Positions 1 through 12,790 of a stretch of DNA of 64,000 bases are shown here, one piece after another. The notes beneath the pieces were generated by a model. That model was not told the origin of the DNA and ran no database searches. It saw only the letters and a program-made list of their open reading frames with translations. Each line of letters starts with the position of its first letter. Position 1 is the stretch's first letter. Source of the DNA: Sphagnum compactum (Eukaryota); assembly GCA_965153455.1 (NCBI GenBank), contig OZ234493.1:29502213-29566212 (forward strand), in the 5' to 3' direction. The position numbers were made by a program, and so were the translations under genes.

Positions 1-1439
1 CCCCCTTAAGACTAATGTACTTTTTTGCAGGTTTTTCTTAATCTCACCCGGTTTTGGACCAAACTCAGGGTACTAGTGCGGTGTTTTCCTGACTTTACGG
101 AAAACTGTATACTTTATTATTGTGCCCACTTTGGATTAGTTTGATGTTGCCACCAGGTCTCTTAGTGCTTCGGCACTAATGTGTCAGTAAATTAGTTTGT
201 TTTTGAAGTTTAGTTTGATTTTTTGGGGGCAATAAGAAGGTTTTATTCTGAAAGTCTTCTTTGATTTAACATACCCACAACAAGGGTCAGGAGGCTAGTG
301 GAAAGTATTGATACTTTGGAAGCACCAAAAGACCACAGTTCTCTTGTCTAGAATTATTTTATTTTATTTTTAAAATTTCTAATAGCCTGGCAAGCCACAC
401 ACCTCTTTAGAACCCATAAGGTAGCATGCAACATTACCTGATATAAATCATGATCAATTGCACTTTAAGAAAAAATTTAAGTTTTTAAAAGTGTCTTTGC
501 TCAAAAAAAGAACTGCAAAATAGCAGGAATTCATCATCCCTTATAATAATAATAATAAATAATTAAACTTGAGCTCCAAATTGTTATGCACTACCAGTGA
601 TGATTTGCTTTCTTATTATGTTCCCATATGATTATTATTAATTCATCATTATTCATGTCAATTTAATTTCAATTAATATAAAATATGATGGACACACATT
701 AATTTGTCTTTTCCTGTCTATGTTGGTAGGTAATGAAATGGGGTGAATTAGTTATAAGTATAAGAGATAGTTATTAGAAAAGGAGTGTGGTTGTTTTAGG
801 ATAAGAGCTAGTTATCAAGAAGGAAGTGAAGTAAATAAGCTTGGAAATGAGTTGGTTATACTTCGAAAATGTTTTTGGCATTGTCCAACCATATGAACCA
901 TATGATCGATTATGCAAAATCAATAAGGAGCCTAGAAAAATTATTAAAAAACCACCCATATACCAGTTCCTCGAAATTCTCGTCATTGGAATAACTAAAT
1001 AATTTCAAGTTGGCTGCTTTAATTTCATCTCAATTTCAATTCATGTGCTCCAAGTTCATCATCATGGATTTGCTGGCTTGAATATTGGGCACCTTGGAAA
1101 GTTTGCAAAATGTATTCAGGAATTGCCAAAATATAGCATCTTTGCTGCAGTTAGTTTGGATAAAAGATTAATAATTACAAGCCAGGGATGGGTATCTCTC
1201 TCCACCCACTCCCTTTCTTGCCAAGGAGGTTGGGAGGTTTGTAAGAGACAAGGGTAGGTTTGTAGGTAGGTATGAAGGCTTCAGACACACTATCATTTTT
1301 ATGATATATATAGACAGAGAGGTTATTGAAGGGATGTTGGGCAGTTGCTTAAGCAGAGCAACTAAATAGCCCCATGAAACCCATCATATATGCCCCTCTT
1401 TTTTGAAAGGAACAGTTAGGTATGTGGGGACTGAAAACA

Positions 1440-2310
1440 AGCAAAGCAAAGGGATCTCTTTGCAAAGGGATCTCTTGCAAGAACAAGAGGTGAAATGCCT
1501 GGAGGGATTGACAACAACAAGAAGTACCTTGACACATTCCACAACCATTGAACAAAATTAAAACCACAAAAGAAGATGCCATAAGGATTTGGCATTTTGG
1601 ATTTAAGTGCGTTAAGTGATTGCACTTGTCATGAATTGCATGTCATTTTCATCATCTTCTTCATCACTTCAAGTAAGTTTTGCAATCCCTTCCAATTGTC
1701 AAAAAACTCTATAAATGCAATATTAGGTAGTTTGTGTTTTGGTGAAGGCGTTTCTCAACATGCCATTGCTGAATAAAGCAAAAGCCGAACAATTAGGGAT
1801 GTGTCAAATTCCATACCCATTCCAAAGCTTGACGTAAGTAATATTTGGACATATTGCGAGGTGGGTGTTGTTAGTCAATTTTGTGATGTCTCCTTTGAAT
1901 CTGGAGACAATCAGATTGAACTTTTTATGTCAAAATTTTTTTTATCTGTAATTTCCTTCAATTTGGCAACCACCCTCTTGTTTTGTATACTTTCTTCAAT
2001 TGCCATTCCTATTCTTGCCTGGTAGAATTTCTTATATTGGCAACCTATTTGATTTGTAAAACCATGGATTCTGATGTTCCAAGCAACAGTTTGATTCATG
2101 CCCTCAAGAAGGAATCCACCCAAAGTAGACATTCATTCATTGAAGAGCATATCCTCATGGAAGTTGTTGGGATCACAAAATTTGGACATTGAAGAAGTCT
2201 ACGCATCAAGAGAGCTACATGCCTTGCAATTTTATGAACTTGAAAATGCATAATTTTTTTCCCGTAATTTTTTCCCATCTTCATAATGGACTTGACATTT
2301 TGACCAACCA
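1440..2310 (-). mobile_element. Possible highly decayed DNA-transposon (Mutator/MULE-like) coding remnant
   Basis: Fragmented minus-strand ORFs, with a SWIM-like VLL...TSCSCK segment at ~1470-1540. No intact catalytic motif is visible. Confidence 0.3.
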
Positions 2311-3071
2311 CCTAGTGAAATGAAAATACAATTCTTCCTATGCCATGACTTTTTGAGGATTTTACAAACTCAGAAACACATGCCGTAGCAACATGTTAAA
2401 CCTCACACTATCTGAAAAATGCAATTAGGGTTTTAATGTGTCACTATGGTACTTTTTCCCCTTACTTGTGTTAGACTTGTTCATCGCTGAAATTCATGAT
2501 CTACCGAAAAAAAAAAAAAAAAAAAACCCAGAAAAGAAAAACAATGTTTTATTGGACAGAATTATTCATATGAGTTGAAAAGAAAACATTCAGGGAAATT
2601 GAATTTGCTACAGCATAGAAGAAAATTTCATCCTCAGAACTTTTGGTGAGAATCCTGTTGCATTTTGGGGCTTAGCTTGCAACAATCTTGAGACAAAAAC
2701 TTAAATAAACAGATTAAAATTTCTTTCTTTCTTTCTTGCTCTCTCCAGTCATTTGCATGAGCCATTGCAGCATTGCAGGCAAGAAACAAAATTCTTCAGG
2801 TTATGGGTGCAATCTTATTATAAGGATCAATGGAAAGCATCATGCATAGTCACTATTTAAATTTTCAAATTTTCAAATAATAAGTCAAGTCAACATTGAA
2901 AATGTTTGATATACTTACATGAAAATGTTTCTAATATATTATGAAAAGCAATAATTGTGTTTTTTTTAATCCAATCAAAGTAATAAGGAGTTGGGTGTGG
3001 GTTGTTATTTTGTGCTTACATTTTGATTCAAAAACACAGATAAGGAGAAGCAAGGAATCATCATCATCATC

Positions 3072-6000
3072 ATGTCAGCTGGTGGGACGTACACAAGTGG
3101 GGAGGATGTTTGGTTTGATCCAGATGAGGAATTCCAGTCAGAAATCGAGGCACAAGTGGAGTTTCCAATGGCCGATGCGTCACAAGGATTGATAGAGATT
3201 TTGCAAGAGAATCCGGAGATGTCCAAAGTTGAGTATCTGTTGCAGCAGAGGAGGAGGAGGAGCAGCAGCGAGGAGAAGGCGATCAGTGAAGCTGGATATT
3301 CCAGGACTGCAGAATCTCATAGCAGGACAAGGTCGCGGGAGGTTTCAACTCTGGCATTGGAGTTGTATGAACTGCAGGCGTTGCAGTCAGCATTGGAAGC
3401 CAAGAGAGATAGCTGGGATGAAACGGTTGCAGTACAGACCATAGTCGGGACGGTACCTAACGATGACCCAAGAAGCTTGAGTGTACAAGAGAATCAAGTG
3501 CAACAGGATCTGCAGAAGATCGAAGCATTGCTGCAGGATGCGGGTGTCGATACACGAACTGGAGCTCCTGCTGCTGATGATCATGATGATCATGAGTACT
3601 CAAGAGAAAAGTCTACAACTATTGCAGCAGCAGATCCTCAGCAGCAGGAGCTTGATGATCATCCACCATCTGTCGATTCTGGTAACATTAACGTCCTTGC
3701 AGCTCATGAGGTACCTCCAGCTCCTGCTGTTGATCTTGTCCCTTCTGTCGAGCTTGGTGGGTCCAGCAAAGTAACGGTAGTGCAAGCTCCGGAACTATGC
3801 GAGAAACCCACCATATCACCCGATATTCAACATGATCTTCCGGCACATCAAGAGCCGATCCTCATGTCGCAATATCGAACACATTCTACAACAATGCCTT
3901 CATGGCTCGTACCGCACACACCGTTTGCCAAGACACCAATGGCGACTTACACTCGCGTGAAGACGCGGCTACAAGATCCGCCTCATATGATACCAGCATT
4001 GGCTGCACAAGTCTCGCAGTTGACTCGTCATGAGCAACAGCCTGCTGAAGGAGAACCTAAATCCAAGACGACAGTAGCGGAGCAAATACAGCATCCTCAA
4101 TCACTCCTGATGCAGAAACTGAAAGCCATAAATTTAGCTCCTGGACCAAACACAGTTTCTGCGAAGAAGATATTGAGCAACAAGAGACGATCTCTGGCAT
4201 CCATCCTCTCCGCTCCCTATGCAGTCCACGCCATTCCTGTGCCTGAACAAGAGGTATGTATGTTCTTCTTCTTCTGTCACACTCATAACCAGCACATGTG
4301 TTACATCATCTTCTTCTTCTACTTCTTCTTCTTCTTCTTCTTCATGACTGCAACTGTAAGCACATATTCTTAGTCAAATCGTATTTATTAACTTCGCCCT
4401 GTTTTTGATTTGGCTAGATAGTTTGATTCATCCAGGTGGGTTGCTATTACTAGTCTCTCACCTATTTGTAGTCCTAGTTTTAGTTTTATGGGTCCGACAA
4501 AAGCGAATAACTAAAATTTGGATGTGAGAAATACTTTTGCAAGGTCACATACTGAGCACCGCTGGAGATGCTCTTAGAGCAACTCCACTCCACCTATGCT
4601 GACCAATGAATGATCTAGCCTATCAACAGCAGGTGTTAGTAGGCTTTGCCATGCCATTTGCCAGCCGTAGCATCATCCTCATGTGCAAAAATGCTGGGCC
4701 AAAACCATTTTGCTGAACCAAACCATCAACATGTTTTGACTTTTCTTCATCCAAAATTTACTGTACACTGGTGGTGGAGGAGTTGCTCTTAGAACTTGTG
4801 TCGCTCTGCAAGCAAGTGATAAAAACACATGTTCTTCTTTGTGTCACTGCAGCAACTGATAACTTACACATGTTCTTCTTGCGTGGCTGCAACAGTTACT
4901 GATATCACAGCAGCAGCAGCAGCATCAGCAGCACTGTGACGCTGGTATTTATATTTTTGGGTCTTGTTTCTTTTGTGAATTAGGTGGATCCTTTGGACGA
5001 TTCATCGATTCCACAGTACAAGCACTGGAAGAAGATCAAGAACCTGAGGCTGCATTATGCGCAATGGATGGCGCTCATTGCTACCTGCATTCTGCTCATT
5101 ATTTCTGCTCACCTAAAGCAACTACAAGACATTGTTTGGGACGAAATAGAGTTTTGGCAATGGCTAGCTCTTGGACTCATGGCTGTTGCAGGTCGCCTTA
5201 TCTCAGGATGGTGTGTTAAGGTAGTCAAAAGCGTCGTCTATACACACTACACAAGTTTCTCTCTCTCTCTCTCTCTCTCTCTCGCTCTCTCTTCACACTT
5301 TTGCTCATTCATTGGCTCTACAACTAAACTAAGCAAATGATGACCAGATTTTCTTTTTACTAACACGTTTTTAGTTATACATAAAGCACCTGCAGAAATT
5401 TCTATTGTATCTGGAGGGCACATTATAAGCAGAATTTTTCCTCCACAAAAGGGGCTGGTGTTTCATTTTTCAAAGTGCCTTGCCTCTTGTTTGTCCTTTT
5501 ATACCCATGATACCCAATGGGTATCGCAAGGAAAAAATGCAAATAATTTTCTGCCAGTGCTTTACATCCGGTAACACCCCTTGGGAGTGGGATGTTCCTG
5601 AAATAATTACCCTGGTTTCTTTGTGCAAAAGAAGCCGCTCATGTTGGTTTGATGAATTTGTCATTTGGTTTGCAAAACATTGTGCTTCTTTTGTCAGCTC
5701 CAGAAATGCTCAAGTGGTGAATTGACATTACATTGTGAAGATTGGGTGTTTTTTACCTGATTTTCTTTGGTGGTGGTGTGATGGATGTAGCTGCTAGTGA
5801 TCCTAATAGAATACAACTTTCTCATGAAGAAGCGAGTTCTCTACTTTATCTTTGGGCTGCGTCGTGCCATGAAGAACTGGCTATGGCAAGGCTTAATAAT
5901 TGCCACATGGAAGGCAGTGTTCAGGAACAGTACTGATCAAAAGACCATTCCAACAGTCACCAGGGTGGGTGCATAGTATATAGCACTCAACTTCATCCTT

Positions 6001-9000
6001 GTCTTGTAATTGTGTCTGTGGCAAGCCTAGGAGTATCTCCACCAGCAGCACTATAATGGCATGTGTAGACTAATTTGGATGAAGAATTACAGCCATTATT
6101 AAATAGTCCTAAATGGAACATGGATCTGAAAATATGTGCGGGATATATATAGGGCTCTCCAAAAGGGCCAATAAAGAAAAATGGCTTAAATCTTTGATAA
6201 GTCGGTCACAATGCATGACAAGAGAATGCGGTTTTTCTCACACAAAAAGTCATAACTGGAAAATTCTCTTCTTCCAAAAACTTTTCACAACAATGTGAAA
6301 TTTCACACCAAAAAAAAACACTGATTACAATGTACATTATGTGGTGTTTATTGTGGCATATATTAAATTAAAATGACAATTTGACATTAGTTATTTTCAC
6401 AATGGGTGTAGTTAGTTCACTATGGTCTGCACGATTGCAACCTAATCACCAAATCCTTCTTCTATCAGTAGGATATGTGGGCCTTCCTGGACTACCCATT
6501 GAGTGGGCAACTCAGTTGCTTGAGGAGAGTGAATTCAGCTCTTTACAATGATGGTTTTGTCAAATGGAACTGGGTCCCGTAGACTATAAATCATCCAACT
6601 GTGCTATAACCTGTTTGAATCCAGTGAGGAACAAAAATTCAGTTCTAACATAAAAATTTGGTGGGTGGATTTGGTTGTTTATGGACAGGTCCTTTGGTGT
6701 ACTTTCACAGCCTCAGGTCTATGGGTTACAAAGGTTCTGATGGTTAAAATTTTGGCAAATACCTTTCACAGAAGTGCATACTTTGACAGGATTCAGGACT
6801 CTCTTTTCCACCAGTATGTATTGGAAACCATCTCCAAGCCCATGAAGAAGTCGTCAATAGCAGCTGCCAAAAAGATCAAGCCCCCAGCTAAAACAACCGA
6901 AATCCCCAAGGTAATACAAATGTGTTGCACTGGACCCAAGTATGTTGAGTGTAGTCCAAAGACCTAAACCCTGGGGTTGGATATCGTATTTTCCTCCAGA
7001 ACCCAGTTTTAAGGACTTGAGCTAGAATGTCATCTAAATCCTTGTCTGAAACTCGACCTACACATTCAAGTTTTAGTCCATAAACTAAGTTTGGAGCAAC
7101 AAGCCCAGTACCCACCAAGCGGATGAGCATTTTTTCTAGAGATAGAGATGCAATCAAAAAACTGTTTTTCTTGGATGTCTGCAGATTCAGCCTCCTAATA
7201 AGCACCTTCCTGATGTGCATGAGGCCAAGAAACTGGGTAGAATTGATCGACCGCTCTCACCCATCTTTTCTGGCAACAAAGTTGTAAGTACTCCAACAGC
7301 AAAATCAAAATGGGTGTCTGTCACAAAGTCCATTCTTGCTTCCAAAAAACTGCCCCTGAAAGCCTCCACAATCACCAAAGGAAAAAAGATCAAAACACGT
7401 AAAGAAGACGAACCAAAGAAGGCTTCTGAAACTCCAGTTGGGTCAGTAACAAAATCTGGATTCCACCCAAACTCCCAGGTGAGTATCAAAATTGATTTCT
7501 TCTATAATTCATCTACACTCATTTTCATCTACGAGGCCCAAATTCAATTCAGGGAAAAGCACACACAGCACTACAGTAATCAAAATCAGTAACAAGTTTC
7601 AATTGTTTTTGCAAAATTGCAGGAGGCATCCATGGAGCCAAAAAGTGGACTGGAGGAGCCAAAAGTTCAGCTGCACATAGCCGAGCAAAGTAATGAAGCT
7701 GGGAGTAAACAGGCGCAGCCAGAGCAACCCGAAGCGCTAAGTAAATTTTGTTGGAGACATTAGCTGGATACTTTCAATTCTAGAAATCTTGACATAGCAA
7801 CTCCTAGCTATGGGATGTTACTACAGTCCCATAGGTCCACAACTTCCAGAGCTCCATTCCTTCACTGACAAGTTTACAGTTTTGATGAGGGGATCATATA
7901 GATTGTGAAGGGAGTGCCCAGCAGCAGGGACACCCAAACTCACAACCCACATGTGCAGCAGGTTCCGACGCTCTCAGTCGTCAATCCTCAGCAGATAGTG
8001 AAGACGAGGATTTGGAAGATGATGCAGATCTTGCACCAATGGTTCATCAAGATCAGCTACAAAAACTCACGAAAGATGTTAGTTCTACAGATCCCAACAA
8101 ACAACTCAAACAAGAGAAGCAAAATATATGGCTTCTTTAGAAGAACAAAACTTACTGATAAGTGCATTTTTTTAGTCATACGCAAAACAGAAGTCTTAGA
8201 ACTCCTTGTATTTGCTGAGTACTTATTTTCATCAACAACAACAACAAACATTTGTTTTTTAAATTGCTGTGCATGAATGGAACAGTCAGTGTCGGCATGG
8301 ACTCTGATGAGGCTCATGAAGGTTGTGCGCACAAACAATTTGAGCATGTTTTCATATACTTCCATGTTATCAGCTGATTGGGAAATCGTTAGTGTTCCGA
8401 TGGCCAAATCTGCGGCCAAACAAGTTAGTGTCACCCCTCCAAAATTCACCTCTCCTGGTTTCATAATTTTCTGAAAAAAACTGAGAATGGCACATCTCCA
8501 AGTGATTCCAATGGGAACTTCAATTGTGTAGGAGGAATACAGACAGAGAAGTCTACAGACATACAGTGGGGGAGGGAGAAAATCATGCCCGGGGGAGGGA
8601 GACGAGTTCAGCTGCAAAACCCAGAATATATGGTTTGTTGTTGTGATGATCACAGATATTCGAGAACATGGCTGATCCAGGTCAAAGTGAACTGATGCTA
8701 AAAAATTTCATGAAGTTCTTGCCTCCAGATAAAGCCACACAGGCGTTTGCATCCTTTGAGGTTACACTGAATGGAACCATCACAAAGCAAGCCCTTGTCA
8801 AGTGGGTGGTCGATGTGTTCAAGGAGCGAAAATCTCTCTCCCTCACCCTCAATGACAACCGCACAGTGATCATCAAGATTAACCAACTCCTTGATGCAGT
8901 CAGTACACAACACAACTCCAGTTCTAAATCTTGAACTTAGATCTTGAGTTCAGAAAAAGACCAACAAACTAACTTACAAAAGGGTTGAAGAGCTTAAAAA

Positions 9001-10082
9001 TGAGGTTATGAATGATAAAGACAACAACCATCCTGATTTGAGCTAGAGTTCTGAACCTTGATGGCAGCTAAATTTCATGTGGATGTCTTTTCAGGTGCTA
9101 ATTGCTGGAATCTGTGCGGTGAGCTTCATGATTATGGGATTCAGTAGCCAGACGTTGCTAGTGTGCAACTCCTCCTTGTTGATCCCTGCGGTGGCAATCT
9201 TTGGCAACATGGCCCGCACCACATTCGAGTCCATTGTGTTCTTGTTTGTGATTCACCCCTTTGACGTGGGTGACAAGGTCAGTGTGGAAGGTGTTCCCTT
9301 GCTTGTTGAGGTACATGCGCTTCCAATTCTCTCTCCATTAAATATGATACTCCAACAATCATTGTTTCTTAACATACCTACCAACCCAAAATCTCATAGT
9401 TACTATCCCATGCATGGTCAAGCCCCTGCCCATTATGTTCAGTAAGGTGCCAAGCAAATCCTGTCTTGACCCTGCCCAATACGTTGGGCAAGGCACTATG
9501 TGAACCCATTAGGGAAGGTGCCAGGAGAGCCCATTAGGACAACCTAGGCAACGCACCCAACCTAATCAGCAAGGACAAGATGATTACATGACATCAAAGT
9601 CTGGGGTGGCAGATTCAACAAATAATTAAAAATTTTGTGTTCAACAGAGATTTTAGTCACAGATATTATGAGTGTGCGGTCATCAGCAGAAGATTATGTC
9701 ATCAAGTAATATGGTCAAGTGACATAATCTTCCACCCCAGACCATAATGAAATTGTAATTGTGCATTGCAACTTCTTGCAAACAGAGCAGAATAACATCA
9801 CTCCTTTTGAGGCCATTTTGCTCTACGGTTTTTCACAATGTACTGACCTATTATTGCATTGGGTGCAGGAGATGAATATCTTCAGCACAATATTTCTCAA
9901 GTAAGTAGCTGGTGCCATACTTCAGAAGTGAGGTATATGCAGCAAGAGTGATTTTAAGCTTATATCTGATGACTGCACCTGATGAGTGAGCCTGTTAGGT
10001 CCAAAGTCCATACCAGTGTTCTGTGGTTATCAGAGCGGTTCTTCGGGTTCATTAGCCGCGGTCCTCAAAAAAATCAAAGAAC

Positions 10083-10120
<38 letters not shown>

Positions 10121-11149
10121 CCATGGTTCCTCAATTTTTTTTGAAAAAACCAAATAACCGCCTTTGTAACCTCCCAGTTATTTGAGGTTTTTGTGATACC
10201 TACCAGCAGTCCTTTGATTAATTTTTTCTAAAAAATGGAGCTGTTGGTTCTCTGGTTCTGAAACATATGAAAACCCAGAACTGGTGGTTATTAACAAAAT
10301 CAAATACCCACCCCAACACTGGGTCAAACTTCAGTTTGTTAACAGCAATTTTCATTGGTTTTCCCCAAAATGCAACTGTGGCTTTTATAGTGGTGCAAAT
10401 GAGAAGATATCATATCCCAACTCAATGCTGGCCACCAAACCCATTACAAATGTACATCGAAGCCCCGACCAATGGGACTTGATTGAAATCCACATCGACT
10501 CCACCACAAATGTTCCCAAGATTGGCATTTTGCAGGATCGGTTGAACCGATACATTGAGAGCTTGCCTGAGATTTGGTATCCTAGGTGGCGTTTCGTTGT
10601 CAAGGACATTGATGACTCGAGTCACCTCAACATGTCTATCACCATTCAACACCATATCAACTTCCAGGTAAACAAAAATGAACCACCTGCATCGCACTTA
10701 GCAAAAGCTTTACATATTTTTTGTGTATATCCATCCCACTCTAACAAGTGCATCATAACTGGACTTCAATGCGCAATCAACATGGTGCCAAACAAATCTT
10801 TTATATTGTGACCAATGTTGGGGGGTATTAGAATGTTTGCACCAACCCTGCATCAGTTATCAGGTGGTTCTTAAGGTTCACAATCACAGTTCTGAGAAAA
10901 TCAAATAAACAGTTCTGATATATAACGACAGTTCTGATTAAGTGAGATGGGTATGGTGGTGCTGTGATTGTCCTGCCGCAGGATGGAGGTGAGAGATGGC
11001 AACGAAGGAGTAATATGATCCTCCATCTGGAAAACCTAATGAATGAACTAGAGATCAGCTACAAGCTTCCTCCTGCACAGATTAACATCAAAGCTGGGAC
11101 ATTTTTCACAGAGGATCCTGTCATCCCCATCAGCCATGTTCTCTTATGA
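3072..11149 (+). CDS. MSL: Mechanosensitive channel of small conductance-like (MscS-like, plant MSL4-10 type) protein, 13 exons, ~1158 aa
   Basis: Exons joined by GT-AG with phase conserved: 3072-4253, 4984-5220, 5791-5964, 6689-6910, 7185-7478, 7623-7740, 7902-8077, 8286-8423, 8656-8898, 9095-9310, 9869-9900, 10391-10667, 10982-11149. Plant MSL motifs: FLMKKRVLYFIFGLRR, LANTFHRSAYFDRIQDSLFHQYVLETIS, SVSAWTLMRL, ERKSLSLTLND, FESIVFLFVIHPFDVGD, VEEMNIFSTIFL, EKISYPNSMLATKPITN..RSPD, NFQDGGERWQRRS. Exons 5-7 (low-complexity linker) are less certain. Confidence 0.93.
4577..4788. mobile_element. PIF/Harbinger (Tourist-like) MITE in MSL intron 1
   Basis: Terminal inverted repeats GAGCAACTCC (4577-4586) and GGAGTTGCTC (4779-4788), flanked on both sides by TTA (4574-4576, 4789-4791). 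212 bp, non-coding. Confidence 0.85.
10013..10322. mobile_element. MITE-like element (hAT-type termini CCAGTGTT...AACACTGG) in MSL intron 11
   Basis: Perfect 8-bp terminal inverted repeat. The right end (CAAAATCAAATACCC.CCC.AACA.TGG) recurs at ~38082-38109. Related termini occur at ~10811 and ~39618. The candidate 8-bp TSD matches only 5/8. Confidence 0.6.
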
Positions 11150-12479
11150 CACTTGAATAAAGCCTCCATTTGTTGCCATTGAAAAAATCTTTTCTTGAAG
11201 ACATTTTGCCCATCATATCAGTTTGCATTGAATCACAGTTGCATGTGAAAAAACCCAAATGAAATTGTAGTTAACATTGTACAAACTGAAGTTTTGTCAT
11301 ATGAAAACTTTTACGAAAATCATTCTCATTTCTGATGCAGTCGCGGCAGATTTTTAACCCTTTCAAGAGTGTACCCAATTGAGAAGAACCTTTGGACATC
11401 CTTCAGAACAACAAATCCATTGTGAAATGTTTGTCACAAGGCAGACCCCATGCGGTGGGCCCTCTCACCAAATGTGCAAGAGGTCCACCAGTGGGGTCTG
11501 CTTGTGCTTTACAGAGACTAGAGCCCCAATAGCAAGGCATTTATGCCCTAGACCTTAGTTCTGCCCTCAGGCCCAAGGCATGAAATACCATGCTAATAGG
11601 TCTTTACCTTACACACAAGAACTTGGACAAATTCCCTCCCCCAGAGTGTAGTTGCAAGACAAAACATTAGTAGGCATGGGGACTCGGAATAGCACATTGC
11701 TTTAAATTAAATTTCTCATGTTATAGTATTGCCTTCATCAAAGTAGAACTGCAATATGTGGTCAAGGCACTCAATTTGGAAGTTTGTAATTTTCGATATC
11801 ATTTGCATTGTGATATCCAAATTTGTGCATGTTGTACACGACAATTTAAACCTAGGATATTAAATATAAGCTCTTCTAGATGGGATGATATTTTGTCAAT
11901 ACCAATCGAATCATTGTATTGATACATGATGTGTAAGCCCAAAGGTTCAATCACATGTTTTGTACTCATTAAAACAACAAAGAGTATTCTATTGTAACAA
12001 AAAAACATTTTTGTTAATATGGTTATGATGATTGTGCTTGACAAAACCCATTGTTGCTTGTGCAAATGGTAAATAATGAATGGTTGGATTGGTACACATT
12101 ACACATTCAATAATATGTATATCTAGATTTTAATTATTCCAATGGCAATGTTTCATATGAATTGGTTTAAGTAGGATTGGTATTCTAGTGATTGTCATTA
12201 CAATAATTTCAAAGTCATTTCGCATTATAATTCATCATTTTGGAATTGTTCTTTTTCCTTTTGTCTGTTTTTATCTCATTGTGTGCCTTGTTCTTGCCTT
12301 CCTTTCTATGTGAGTGATCATCACCTATGGGTTCGAAAAAAAATATTTCTATTTATTTTTTTCTCTTCCTTTTCTCATGGGTGAATGCAAAGTATGATGA
12401 TTCACTTTTGTAACAAAATGAATAGTTGTTCATGGGTACCCTTCATTCAAATGCATGTGGTGATTAATATATTCTTAAA

Positions 12480-12790
12480 TCTACTAATTGGGACTTGAAT
12501 CTAAACTAACAATTTATTATGAAGAGAATTGTGTGGTTATTTATTGATTAAAAACTCAATTTCTAGTATAATGGACTTTTGAAGTTGAAAAATATGGATT
12601 GGTCGTTTGACTGAAACATCACAAAATGAAAAAAAAAATATTGATTCACATTCCAAAGTTGTTATTAGGACTTAATATATGATTTATTATGAGATGATAA
12701 ATTCAAATAAAAATCTTTTCTTTGAAAACCTTACATTTAATAATTAAGGACTTTTGAATGGTTAATATTGGACCATATTTTCATAAGTCC
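12480..12790 (+). repeat. Dispersed repeat; inverted homologue at ~55165-55480
   Basis: GACTTTTGAAGTTGAAAAATATGGA and GACTTTTGAAT..ACCATA.TTTCATAAGTCCCTA match the reverse complement of sequence at ~55358-55385 and ~55170-55222. Confidence 0.7.

Noticed and set aside
8057..8653. 198-aa minus-strand ORF
   Set aside because: Antisense shadow across MSL exons and introns, with no motif.
11780..12100. Possible transposase fragment; similar weak signal at ~56000-56570
   Set aside because: Too decayed to assign by eye, with no diagnostic motif.
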